Of a stretch of 64,000 nt of DNA, positions 1 to 8,887 are shown piece by piece. Both the position numbers and the translations under genes were made by a program. The DNA is from an uncultured virus (IMG/VR IMGVR_UViG_3300017593_000095). Its lineage: Duplodnaviria > Heunggongvirae > Uroviricota > Caudoviricetes. The DNA lies in IMG/VR virus record IMGVR_UViG_3300017593_000095. One strand, given 5' to 3'. Position 1 is the stretch's first letter; the number at the start of each line of letters is the position of its first letter. The notes under the pieces are model-generated. The model was not told the origin of the DNA and did not search any database. It was given only the letters and a program-made list of their open reading frames with translations.

Positions 1-58
1 AGTTTCGGTTCGTTTAGGAGTTGTTCAAGTTAGCTTACCTCAGAAACAGCAGTACTAG

Positions 59-94
59 GGGCACTCCTAACAGGAACTATAACTCAAGCCGCGC
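59..94 (+). repeat. 36-bp direct repeat, copy 1 (GGGCACTCCTAACAGGAACTATAACTCAAGCCGCGC)
   Basis: Identical 36-mer at 1504-1539; both copies are followed after a short GC spacer by CTTGGTTCA. Confidence 0.95.
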
Positions 95-207
95 CCCGCG
101 CCTTGGTTCATAATAAGGTAGTTGTTGATCTTAGCATGAATTGTTGTTAAGTAGAATAAACTCGCTGGGTTTGAACTAAGGATTATGTATGTGCTATAGG
201 AGATGTT

Positions 208-1065
208 ATGATGTCGTCTGACATGATTGTAAAGGTTCCTAAAGATTTTTTAGATGCATTTCCAGTCACAACTTCTCGGAAAGTGATCAAAGAAGGACTC
301 TCTGAATTCGCAGGTTGGAGTGACCTTGAGAAAGTAGAGATTATGAACTCCCGCATGTTCAGTGCGTTTGACTTACAAACGTTCCTGAGCATTCTTTTTG
401 TGTTCACACAAGAAGAGGTGCTTGATCGAGAGTGGGCGACTCAAGAGGGTCACTTCATTCCTACAAAGGTAACAGTTTGTCAATGGAGTACTTTTGTGAA
501 GCGGTATCGAAAGAGAGAGTTCTATAGCGGGCCTGAGATCTTCGAGAGTATCAAGAACGTCGCAAGTATAATGTACGTTTTGTCTTGGAAGAGTAGAGTA
601 AAAGAAATTCGAAGACTTCTCTGGCATGCTGCTTTGTATTACTATGATGGTGGTAAATATAATGAGGTTGATCTCTTACGAGGTAGAGGGCGGCATACTA
701 AAAGACTTTCGGTTGGATTCGCTGTTGATGGAGATTTTTGGGAAGCTTGTCAGAAAGGGTTTCACATCAACATCGCTCCTATTCTTGATTTATCAAATCC
801 GATGGCTATTTTGTTAGGAGTTTGGATCCAAGGACAAAAATACACTGCTATTAGAGAAGATCGTCTTATGCGGTATGTATTTCGAGATTTACCTATACGA
901 GCCTCCCGTAAACGTGAGAGTATTTTTAGGGCATTTGATTTGTTAAAGCGAACGGGCCTTATTACTAATTGGCATCATGATGACGAATTTGGTTACCATA
1001 AGTACTCCTGGCAGAAACCTGAGAGGTTCACATATAACCCGGCCTGGCGGTACCCACCTACGTAG
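208..1065 (+). CDS. Putative plasmid-type replication initiator (TrfA/RepC-like winged helix)
   Basis: 285 aa; 'FSAFDLQTFLSIL' and C-terminal 'IFRAFDLLKRTGLITNW' resemble iteron-binding initiators; iterons lie directly downstream. Confidence 0.6.
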   Translation: MMSSDMIVKVPKDFLDAFPVTTSRKVIKEGLSEFAGWSDLEKVEIMNSRMFSAFDLQTFLSILFVFTQEEVLDREWATQEGHFIPTKVTVCQWSTFVKRYRKREFYSGPEIFESIKNVASIMYVLSWKSRVKEIRRLLWHAALYYYDGGKYNEVDLLRGRGRHTKRLSVGFAVDGDFWEACQKGFHINIAPILDLSNPMAILLGVWIQGQKYTAIREDRLMRYVFRDLPIRASRKRESIFRAFDLLKRTGLITNWHHDDEFGYHKYSWQKPERFTYNPAWRYPPT

Positions 1066-1268
1066 TTGACATCTCTTATCGTTTAGAAAGCTTTCGATGA
1101 CCTCATAGCTATGGGGTTGCTTGAACACTGGTGGGTTGAAAAAGACTTGTTGAATAGGTACCGTTACCACTGGAGGAAAGTTGAAAGGTTCAAATTTAAT
1201 GAGGGGTGGTGGCACGTGAGTTAGCAAAAATGTGGGGTGTAGTGGGGAACCGGGGACCAAAATCTTAA

Positions 1269-1347
1269 TCTACGTAAAACTGGCATGCCTTTACACAAAA
1301 CCGGCAGGCTTCTACGTAAAACCGGCAGGCTTCTACGTAAAACTGGC
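1269..1347 (+). repeat. Four tandem 21-bp iteron-like repeats (consensus TCTACGTAAAACYGGCAGGCT); probable replication origin
   Basis: Units start at 1269, 1290, 1311 and 1332 (21-bp period); an AT-rich tract follows at about 1370-1425. Confidence 0.85.
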
Positions 1348-1427
1348 GATTTTTGCGCAGCTAACTCGTTGAACTTTTTGGTGATTTTGAGCGTATATAA
1401 TATAACAAGATTTAACAATCTTGTACA

Positions 1428-1468
1428 AAGGACGCGGCGCGTCTGCTGCGCCGCCGCGTCCTTCTTTT
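1428..1468 (+). terminator. GC-rich hairpin (terminator or origin structure)
   Basis: 12-bp stem AAGGACGCGGCG / CGCCGCGTCCTT followed by CTTTT. Confidence 0.5.
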
Positions 1469-1503
1469 GAGAAGAAAATGAACCTGCCAACCCAGAAGGG
1501 GAT

Positions 1504-1539
1504 GGGCACTCCTAACAGGAACTATAACTCAAGCCGCGC
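1504..1539 (+). repeat. 36-bp direct repeat, copy 2
   Basis: Identical to 59-94. Confidence 0.95.
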
Positions 1540-1821
1540 GCGCCCGGCTTGGTTCAAATTGTTGAAAAAGAGGCTAGTGTGTGTTAGTTGTTGGAGAAGT
1601 CTCTATAGTTGGGAAACCTGCGTACTTCCATCGCGAAATTTTCGCGAATTTGTGCAGAATCGCGCGTACCTTCAGCACTTAAATCGTGGGTACCTATCTA
1701 GGCTATATCAAACTATTGCTTAGGTATGTACCTGCGTAAAATTCGCGTAAAATAAGCGCATCTGAGCGTCTATTTTGTGAGGTCTCAGCTTTAGTAAGTA
1801 CAGAAAAAAGGAGGTCCATTT

Positions 1822-2520
1822 ATGACTTGTAAGTTTTCCTTCGAAGTTCCTTTGAAAAGCCTTGAGCTTCAAGTTGAGTTTAGTGATTATATCTTCGCTA
1901 TAGCTCCTTGGTTTGAAAATGAGACTTACCGTAACTTCGTACACGAACACCGTTCTCAACTCCCTCTCTATCTGGACAACGGTGCTTATGAACAAGGAGC
2001 TTCTATTGACATTAAGAAGTACATAGAGCTCATCCAAACGTTACGCCCAGACGTAGTGGTTGCACCAGATGTGTATAGTGATAGTAAGGGTACCATTAAA
2101 CTCACTCGTCAGTTTTTCAAACACTCACTTCCTGCGGATACTAAAGTTATGATTGTACCTCAAGGACACAGCATCATCGAGTGGACACGGTGTTTACGTA
2201 TCCTTTATTCTGAGTTTGAGAACCGTTTTCATTTGGTTGGTATACCTCGAGTGATGTATCCTAACAGATTATTTCTGTCAGTTTATTCATTTAAGTTGAC
2301 TTCTAAACCAGTTCACATTTTAGGGTGTCCTGACCCTAGTGAGCTACCCGAAATTTTTGATTCGGGAGTACCTATTGAGTCATTGGATACTTCTTATCCA
2401 ACACGTAAAGCGTTAGGAAAGGTAGGTCTGGATGATCGGATCGATTTTTTTAATGATAGAGTTTCTTTTAAATCGATGCAGAAGGCAGTAGAAGAATTTT
2501 TTCAATTGATTCAAACTTGA
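1822..2520 (+). CDS. TGT/DpdA-like transglycosylase (7-deazaguanine insertion)
   Basis: TIM-barrel TGT motifs LDNG, APDV, VPQG, HILG, SLDTS; adjacent to queC. Confidence 0.7.
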   Translation: MTCKFSFEVPLKSLELQVEFSDYIFAIAPWFENETYRNFVHEHRSQLPLYLDNGAYEQGASIDIKKYIELIQTLRPDVVVAPDVYSDSKGTIKLTRQFFKHSLPADTKVMIVPQGHSIIEWTRCLRILYSEFENRFHLVGIPRVMYPNRLFLSVYSFKLTSKPVHILGCPDPSELPEIFDSGVPIESLDTSYPTRKALGKVGLDDRIDFFNDRVSFKSMQKAVEEFFQLIQT

Positions 2521-2549
2521 GCTCGTTTCCTTAGAAAGGAGGTTGTTAG

Positions 2550-3314
2550 ATGGAATGGACGATTTGTGAACGGCCTGCGGAAGTTTATGATATTGAACCA
2601 ACGCAAAGAAGTGCTGTTGTGTTATCTTCTGGCGGCCTTGATTCTTCGAGTTTAATCTCGATGTTACTCAACCTAGGTTGGGACCTTACTTTGATTCACT
2701 TTGATTATGGTTCTACTCATCATGAAGCTGAATATCACGCCTTCCTCCGGTTGGTTGAGCATTTTGGAATTGAGAAAGAGAGGGTTTATGTAGTTGATCT
2801 TTCGTCTCTGAAGCGATTGGTTTCTAAAGGAGTTGCGTTATTAGACGATCAAGTAGATGTACCAGAAGGGTACTATACCGAAGAAAGTATGCGTCAGACT
2901 GTAGTTCCTGGAAGGAATACGGTAATGATCTCCTACGGACTCGCCCTTGCGGAGTCCTTAGGGAAGAAGTTCGTTGCTATCGCAGCTCATGAAGGTGACC
3001 ATTTTATTTATCCTGATTGCAGAATTGACTACCTGAGGTATATGTCACAAACAATTTTTCTTGCTTCTGATAGGAAGGTAAAGTTATTAGCTCCTTTTGC
3101 CCATCTTGCGAAATGGGAAGTTGTTTCTGTCGGGAATAGATTTAATTGTCCGTTTGAGTTAACGTGGTCCTGTTATAAAGGGGAGCCACCAAAACATTGT
3201 GGCACCTGCGGTACTTGTGTTGAACGTGCTGAAGCTTTTCAGAAAGCAGGAGTTGAGGATCCTACTATCTACGATAAAGATCCTTGCTCTTTTCTTCGGA
3301 ACAAGGAGGATTGA
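2550..3314 (+). CDS. queC: 7-cyano-7-deazaguanine synthase
   Basis: SSGGLDS PP-loop, VPGRN, YPDCR, and SCY...CGTCGTC Zn site. Confidence 0.97.
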   Translation: MEWTICERPAEVYDIEPTQRSAVVLSSGGLDSSSLISMLLNLGWDLTLIHFDYGSTHHEAEYHAFLRLVEHFGIEKERVYVVDLSSLKRLVSKGVALLDDQVDVPEGYYTEESMRQTVVPGRNTVMISYGLALAESLGKKFVAIAAHEGDHFIYPDCRIDYLRYMSQTIFLASDRKVKLLAPFAHLAKWEVVSVGNRFNCPFELTWSCYKGEPPKHCGTCGTCVERAEAFQKAGVEDPTIYDKDPCSFLRNKED

Positions 3315-3316
3315 GG

Positions 3317-3478
3317 ATGATTGAGGTTCTTAAACTAAAGCGTAAGGACAAACCTTGTGAGGTACCCGGTATGTTCGATTCTGTGTTAACGTTAGTTGTT
3401 AAGGGAAGTCGTTTTGAGGTATTGTGTTTAGAGAGAGCGATTTTTAAAGCACTACAAAAGTTAACCAAGAAGGTTTAA
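3317..3478 (+). CDS. Small hypothetical protein
   Basis: ATG downstream of an AAGGAGG RBS; tightly packed in the operon. Confidence 0.5.
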   Translation: MIEVLKLKRKDKPCEVPGMFDSVLTLVVKGSRFEVLCLERAIFKALQKLTKKV

Positions 3479-3497
3479 TTTTACCTAGGAGGCTCCC

Positions 3498-3764
3498 ATG
3501 CAAATTACAGTTTGTGATGTTTGCGGTACGCAAAAGGACGTGCAACGAGTTAGTTTTTCATATGACCGCCGTGCCGATGCTGCTGGATCCGTGGAGGATG
3601 TATATGAAACTTTTGATTTGTGTTGTAAATGTTACCTGAAAGCTTTGAAAGCCGCCGTTAAGGAGGAGATCAGAAGGAAGCACCTTAACGAGTACTTGTT
3701 CAATAAGAATTTGATTGAGATCATTAGGATTCGACAGGAAACTTCAGCTAAGAAATGGGAATAG
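3498..3764 (+). CDS. Small Zn-finger protein
   Basis: CDVC...CCKC; AGGAGG RBS. Confidence 0.7.
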   Translation: MQITVCDVCGTQKDVQRVSFSYDRRADAAGSVEDVYETFDLCCKCYLKALKAAVKEEIRRKHLNEYLFNKNLIEIIRIRQETSAKKWE

Positions 3765-3773
3765 GAGGTACAC

Positions 3774-3995
3774 ATGGCATTATTGGAGAATGTTCGTCAT
3801 CCTAAACACTACACTCGTGGTAAGATTGAGGTAATTGATTTTATTGAAGATCAAGGATTTGATTTCCTTGAGGGGAATGTAGTAAAATATCTTGCTAGGT
3901 ATAAATGGAAAGGTGCTCCTTTAGAGGACCTAAAAAAGGCAGAGTTCTACCTTGAGCGCTTGATTAAGCGGGAAGAAGCGCGTCGTAGAGGTTGA
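3774..3995 (+). CDS. DUF3310-family protein
   Basis: 'VRHPKHYT.GKIEVIDFI...GNVVKYLARYKWKG...EDLKKAEFYL' is the family signature. Confidence 0.9.
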   Translation: MALLENVRHPKHYTRGKIEVIDFIEDQGFDFLEGNVVKYLARYKWKGAPLEDLKKAEFYLERLIKREEARRRG

Positions 3996-4015
3996 TCCTC
4001 CTCCTTTCCCCGGCC

Positions 4016-4070
4016 GCCGCCCACGGGTAAAGTAGCGCCTTAATTAGAGGTTGCGAAGGGCGGCTTTTTT
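4016..4070 (+). terminator. Terminator-like stem with a large structured loop
   Basis: GCCGCCC...GGGCGGC followed by TTTTTT. Confidence 0.5.
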
Positions 4071-4078
4071 CTCGTGCT

Positions 4079-4327
4079 ATGCCAGCAACTAGAGATGTAG
4101 TTTTTTGTCCTAGGTGTGGTTATATAGTTGAGAAGTTTCCTACTTACCGATTAATCGGGTGGTATCGATTAACATATAGTATTTGCCCTTTCTGTCACTA
4201 TTTTGGTAAGTTGAGAATTGGTAAAACGTGCTTTGACTTGTCTCACTTGTTTGAGTTTGTTTTCCTTCCACCGTCGTCCATTTTACGAAGAGTCCATCGT
4301 CGACTTTGTGGTACCGGAACCCTTTGA
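4079..4327 (+). CDS. Hypothetical Zn-ribbon protein
   Basis: CPRC...CPFC; weak RBS. Confidence 0.45.
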   Translation: MPATRDVVFCPRCGYIVEKFPTYRLIGWYRLTYSICPFCHYFGKLRIGKTCFDLSHLFEFVFLPPSSILRRVHRRLCGTGTL

Positions 4328-4415
4328 AACCTTTAGGAAAAATTTAGTTTTGCTCTTGCCCTTCTTTGCAGTTACTATGATAATGACTTCGTTAGCCTTG
4401 CGCAGGAGTGCTTAA

Positions 4416-5030
4416 ATGAATTTTAAACGCATAGCTCGTGTTAACGAAGAACTCGTTCAAGGCTTAGAGAATTTTTCCCTAGAGCGGCTGTTCTTCTCAG
4501 TTGGGTATAGTAACATTGTTGGTCTTTACACAGATGGGAAGGAAGCAGCTTTTGGGCCTCTTGTTACTTGTGGCGTAGTAATTGATGTGCACCATACTCC
4601 CACAGCTTCTAAAGCGCCTTCCACCTTACGACAAATGGTGACCCCTATAGTTGATACTGTAGCTGGAGATGAGATCAATCGTATTGGTAATGTAGATGAA
4701 GCTATTCGTAGATCAAAGTTAAGAGTAGTCGAGCAGTTGGTACAAGAGTATCCTTCCTTGATCGTTGTTTCGGATCCTCTAATTCCTGAATTACCCGCTG
4801 ATTGCTTCCCCATACTTCGCGGTAGTATGTATGTTTACGTTCTTCGACTGGCTATGATATTGGCAAAGGAATTGCGTAAAGAAGCATTACTCTCATTGTT
4901 AAACGAGAACCCTGGGTGGCAAGTTTACGATTTAACGTCAAATTTGGGGTTTCTCTCGAAGAAACATCGAGAAGCACTTCTTGAGTACGGAAGAACCCCC
5001 CAACATAGGTACTACGTAAAGGTTAGATAG
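4416..5030 (+). CDS. RNase HII-like protein with a degenerate active site
   Basis: 'FGPLVTCGVVI', 'AMILAKELR' and 'SNLGFLSKKHREALLEYGRTPQHR' match RnhB; the DEAGRG motif is not retained. Confidence 0.75.
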   Translation: MNFKRIARVNEELVQGLENFSLERLFFSVGYSNIVGLYTDGKEAAFGPLVTCGVVIDVHHTPTASKAPSTLRQMVTPIVDTVAGDEINRIGNVDEAIRRSKLRVVEQLVQEYPSLIVVSDPLIPELPADCFPILRGSMYVYVLRLAMILAKELRKEALLSLLNENPGWQVYDLTSNLGFLSKKHREALLEYGRTPQHRYYVKVR

Positions 5031-5031
5031 T

Positions 5032-5505
5032 ATGCGCGATAGAGTTGAGAATGCATTAGTTCAGCTACGTGAAAAAGTTTACTCTTTACTCAGTGTTGTT
5101 AGTAGCCCTCCGTCTGAGAACATAGTTGCTAAGCAGAATATGGACTTACAACTGTCTCCTGGACTACGTAAGGGGGGCGTTAATATCTTCCAATTTCAAA
5201 ACGCTGTAATTGACAATAAGGTTGTAAACGTAGTTGTGGAGATTTTGCGGGATATTGATAGACTACGTGATATAGTACCTATAGAGTCGAGTATCGATTC
5301 GTACTTTGATAGTTTGATTGAAGAAGGTGTTACTTGGCGTGAGTTTGTTAAGAGAATGCAACGAGAGTTCATTCAAGCTTATCTACGAAAAGGGTTAACC
5401 ATTACAGAGATAGCCAGAAGGTTAGGTATTCAGAGGACTTACCTCTCCCGAGTATTGACTGAGCTCGGTTTACGAGACGATATCCAACTAATTCGAAGGA
5501 GGTAG
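5032..5505 (+). CDS. Fis-type HTH DNA-binding protein
   Basis: C-terminal 'QREFIQAYL...ITEIARRLGIQRTYLSRVLTELGL'. Confidence 0.8.
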   Translation: MRDRVENALVQLREKVYSLLSVVSSPPSENIVAKQNMDLQLSPGLRKGGVNIFQFQNAVIDNKVVNVVVEILRDIDRLRDIVPIESSIDSYFDSLIEEGVTWREFVKRMQREFIQAYLRKGLTITEIARRLGIQRTYLSRVLTELGLRDDIQLIRRR

Positions 5506-5508
5506 TGA

Positions 5509-7542
5509 ATGACGGACGTAATTACTGACTGGGATGACTTCGAGCGTGCTCTAATTTATCAAAGATATTCTATTCGTCATCCAAAGACTTCCGAACGTTT
5601 GGAGAAGACTTATGAAGATATAATTGATAGAATTACTAATTTCATCCTCTCGCGTAAGTACCCTGTCTCGAACGACCTATTATCAGAAGCGTTACAAATG
5701 GCACGTAATAGGAAGTTCACGTTTGCAACCCCCGTTTTAATGAATCTAGGTAACCCTTATACAAGAAGAGGCGGATTTTATTCTTGTTTCCCGTTAGGAC
5801 CTATTCCCGATTCAACTAAGGACATCCTGCGTTATATTGAAGCTTGCGCTAGCATCTTTCAGTATGCTGGTGGTGTTGGGTTAGACTTCTCTTCTCTGCG
5901 CCCAGAAGGAAGTGCTGTTGATCAAGCACAGGGAGTGAGTTCAGGCCCTGTTGGTTTCGTTCCTATGTTTGAAGCTACTTCAAAGAGTATTGCCGCAGGC
6001 GGTAAAAGACGAGGGGCAATGCTAGGTCAGCTTGATTACAACCACCCAGACATTTTTAAGTATGTTCGGCTTAAGAGAGATCGGCGTGATTTATGGTCAA
6101 TCAATATTTCTGTGAATGCCTTTGGCGATTTTTGGGAGCAGCGTGATCTGATTAAGGAGATCGCGTTAGGGATGTGGACTTCTGGTGACCCCGGGTTACT
6201 CTTCCCCGACGTACTTGCCGAGCATTCACCTTATCCTCCTAAGCTCAAACCTCTTGTACGTTACGTGAATCCTTGTGCCGAGTATGCTTCACCTCCCTTC
6301 AGTGTTTGCCATCTTTTAACAGGTAACGCCCTTTCTGCAGAGTCAGTCTCGGATTTTGAGGCGTTGGGTTATTACATGACTCATATTGGGAACGCAATTT
6401 TGTATTTAACCTTGAAGCACAATATGGGCTTACCTAAGGAGCCAAAGTGGCTTTATCATAAGCTCCGAGAGCGAGTTGACCAGATTCACCCTGTTGGTAT
6501 TGGTCTAACAGGAGTTGCAGAGTACCTCTTTAAGAAAGGATACAAGTACACTGATGTCGACAGAATTTCCGAGATGTACACCGCTCTTGCCCGCGGTTCA
6601 CTTATTGCGTCGAATGAGTGGGCCCTCTCGACTAAAGTTGAGAAGGAGTGGGACCCGACGTACAAAGATGAACATCTTTCACTTGTTGGTTACACTAAGA
6701 GGAGCAGGAAATTTTGGAACACGACTACTCTATCTCAAGCGCCTACTGGTTCAGTATCTCAGTTCCTACGCTGTGTGTCTACGGGATTAGAGCCTCTTGA
6801 ATCTTTTCAGGTTAAAAGGCAATTTCTTAATAGTGAAAATGAATTTCAGACCGTTATTCTTAAGTCTTCAGTGACTCCCTCCAATCCTACTACGCTACCT
6901 TTTATACCCCCTGAAGAGCAGATAAAGGTTGTTTCTACCGTTCAACAAATAAGTCATACATCAGCGAGTAAGACCATCAACGTCCCGAAGGAAACTACTG
7001 TTGAAGAGATAGAAGAGATTATCTACACAGCGCGAAAATATCGTCTTAAGGGGTTAACTGTGTACCGTAGAGGTTGTGCTTTGGAATCGATTGTTGAAGC
7101 AGACGAACCTGAAAGGGACGTGCTGATCGGACAAACTTACAAGTTTAAAGGCCTGAATAATATCTACATCACGGTTAATAGATCAACATCTGGGAAGCCC
7201 ATTGAGGTATTTGTGTCTACCGGTAAGAGTGGGAATGTTGTTAATGGACTAGCTATGGGTTTAGGGAGACTTGTTTCTCTTGCTCTTAGGTCAGGAACCC
7301 GCCCTGAAGTGATTATGAAGTCTTTATCGGGTATTGAAACAGGAGACTTCTATGTGAACAGTCGTGTTGGCCGTGTTACCTCGATCTGTGACGCCGTCGC
7401 TAAGGCTCTTAGTGATACTTTACAATCAAGTGGGAAGGTAGAAGAACTATTTGACTTATGTCCTAAGTGTCAGAATTACACTCTGACACGTAACGGACAA
7501 GGTTGTAAGAGTTGTTCTAGATGCGGTTATTCAACTTGTTGA
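5509..7542 (+). CDS. nrdJ: Class II (B12-dependent) ribonucleotide reductase with TSCPD domain and C-terminal Zn ribbon
   Basis: YSCF, GGGVG, RRGA, NPCAE, APTG, SKTIN, KGLTVYR, TSICD, CPKC...CSRCGYSTC. Confidence 0.93.
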   Translation: MTDVITDWDDFERALIYQRYSIRHPKTSERLEKTYEDIIDRITNFILSRKYPVSNDLLSEALQMARNRKFTFATPVLMNLGNPYTRRGGFYSCFPLGPIPDSTKDILRYIEACASIFQYAGGVGLDFSSLRPEGSAVDQAQGVSSGPVGFVPMFEATSKSIAAGGKRRGAMLGQLDYNHPDIFKYVRLKRDRRDLWSINISVNAFGDFWEQRDLIKEIALGMWTSGDPGLLFPDVLAEHSPYPPKLKPLVRYVNPCAEYASPPFSVCHLLTGNALSAESVSDFEALGYYMTHIGNAILYLTLKHNMGLPKEPKWLYHKLRERVDQIHPVGIGLTGVAEYLFKKGYKYTDVDRISEMYTALARGSLIASNEWALSTKVEKEWDPTYKDEHLSLVGYTKRSRKFWNTTTLSQAPTGSVSQFLRCVSTGLEPLESFQVKRQFLNSENEFQTVILKSSVTPSNPTTLPFIPPEEQIKVVSTVQQISHTSASKTINVPKETTVEEIEEIIYTARKYRLKGLTVYRRGCALESIVEADEPERDVLIGQTYKFKGLNNIYITVNRSTSGKPIEVFVSTGKSGNVVNGLAMGLGRLVSLALRSGTRPEVIMKSLSGIETGDFYVNSRVGRVTSICDAVAKALSDTLQSSGKVEELFDLCPKCQNYTLTRNGQGCKSCSRCGYSTC

Positions 7543-7561
7543 CTATGTAAGGAGGTTGTTT

Positions 7562-8152
7562 ATGATTCGTCTGTTGAGTAAGGAGGATGTTAAGGAAGAG
7601 TTTAGGGACCACGTTTCTCGGTTAGTTCGGTGTCCCGTTTTGAAACGAAACCACACTGCTTTGATGTGTTTCGCGTGCTCACGTAGGGCAACTTGTGAGG
7701 TTGCTAAAGAGGTTGGGATCGCCGATTTGGATGTTGATGATGTAGTGTACGATAGCGCTTTTTTCAAGAAAGCAACACTTTCTCGTAAACTCGAACTTGA
7801 CACGTTAATCCCTGATAAGAGGAAAAAAGAGAAGAAGGAAGGGCAGAAGACCAGGAAAAAAGCTGATAAAAGCTCTCAACCTACTTCTGCGGAGAAAAAA
7901 GTTGACATTTCTAAAGATAAAGTTGAACATAACAGTAACTCTTTGTCGGATGAAAAAGGTAAGGTTAAAGGAGGTAATGCTATGAGAGGTAATAAGAAGA
8001 AAGAGATTTTGGAGTATTTGAAGGCACATCCTAACGCGAAAGCAGGAGAGATACGAAAGGCCTGCGGCGTTTCCCATGTGTATGCGACCAAAGTATTGCA
8101 ACAAGTACGTCAGAATCAACCACAAGACACTGAAAACCCTCCTCAAGGTTGA
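7562..8152 (+). CDS. Hypothetical protein with an N-terminal Cys cluster and C-terminal HTH
   Basis: AAGGAGG RBS; C-terminal 'KEILEYLKAHPNAKAGEIRKACGVSHVYATKVL'. Confidence 0.6.
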   Translation: MIRLLSKEDVKEEFRDHVSRLVRCPVLKRNHTALMCFACSRRATCEVAKEVGIADLDVDDVVYDSAFFKKATLSRKLELDTLIPDKRKKEKKEGQKTRKKADKSSQPTSAEKKVDISKDKVEHNSNSLSDEKGKVKGGNAMRGNKKKEILEYLKAHPNAKAGEIRKACGVSHVYATKVLQQVRQNQPQDTENPPQG

Positions 8153-8255
8153 TCGAGCAGTTTTTAAAGACGTTGACTTCGAAGAAACGGAGTAGGGGGT
8201 ACTCTTTTGAAGTGGTCTTTGAAGAAGGAAGTATTGTAGTGAGGAGGAGAAGACG

Positions 8256-8873
8256 GTGACAGAGCTTGATTTCCCTGATCTCAGTAAGGACCCGCCGTGC
8301 TTCTCCTCAGCCCAGCCTTGTACTAAGACTAATTGCTATTACTGGGAGCGTACTACTCCTGAGTACGGTAATTGTACAATCCGCGTCGCTAATCAAGGTC
8401 CACACAAGCTAGAGGAACTGGCCGAAATTCTCAATCTCTCACGCGAACGAGTTCGACAGATCGAAGCTGTTGCTCTCCGTCACCTGGCGTGGGTTGCAAC
8501 CAAACGTGGCTTAACTGAGAGGGTTATAAATATCACTACGTCCACGTTAGGCAACGTTTGTTCATGGCCTCTACGCCCGTTTGATGTGATGGAATATCGT
8601 CGTAAAAGAGATCCTTCTGAGTTAGAGTTGATCGACAAAGCTTTTTATTTAGGCGTTTTTTCTCACTTTCTTAAGAAGTCAGTGGTTCTACCTGTTGCTG
8701 AGTGCTGGGTTCTTGATAAAGTGGTAAGCGGGTTTGTTTGCTTATTGTGCCCAGAAAGACCTTATTGCCCCAGTACTTCCTTAGGCTCTTCTTCTCCTGA
8801 AGAGTATTTAACTGTTACTTCGTTTTCTGAGATGATGAAGGAGATTAAGAAGGAGTTAGGGATAATTGCTTAG
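8256..8873 (+). CDS. Sigma-70 region-4 domain protein with Cys-rich flanks
   Basis: 'KLEELAEILNLSRERVRQIEAVALRHL' is a region 4.2 HTH; no region 2 is visible. Confidence 0.8.
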   Translation: MTELDFPDLSKDPPCFSSAQPCTKTNCYYWERTTPEYGNCTIRVANQGPHKLEELAEILNLSRERVRQIEAVALRHLAWVATKRGLTERVINITTSTLGNVCSWPLRPFDVMEYRRKRDPSELELIDKAFYLGVFSHFLKKSVVLPVAECWVLDKVVSGFVCLLCPERPYCPSTSLGSSSPEEYLTVTSFSEMMKEIKKELGIIA

Positions 8874-8887
8874 TCAGAAGGAGGTCA

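Noticed and set aside
59..1539. 36-bp repeat as a CRISPR repeat
   Set aside because: Only two copies, 1.4 kb apart; no spacer array and no cas genes
1180..1560. tRNA genes suggested by GGTTCAAAT
   Set aside because: No cloverleaf or acceptor stem could be formed
1221..1723. ORFs 1221-1490, 1285-1470 and 1421-1723
   Set aside because: Their repeated peptides simply translate the iterons; the region is best explained as a non-coding origin
3997..4070. preQ1 riboswitch near queC
   Set aside because: The preQ1-I stem-loop plus A-rich tail is not present, and the element is downstream of queC rather than upstream
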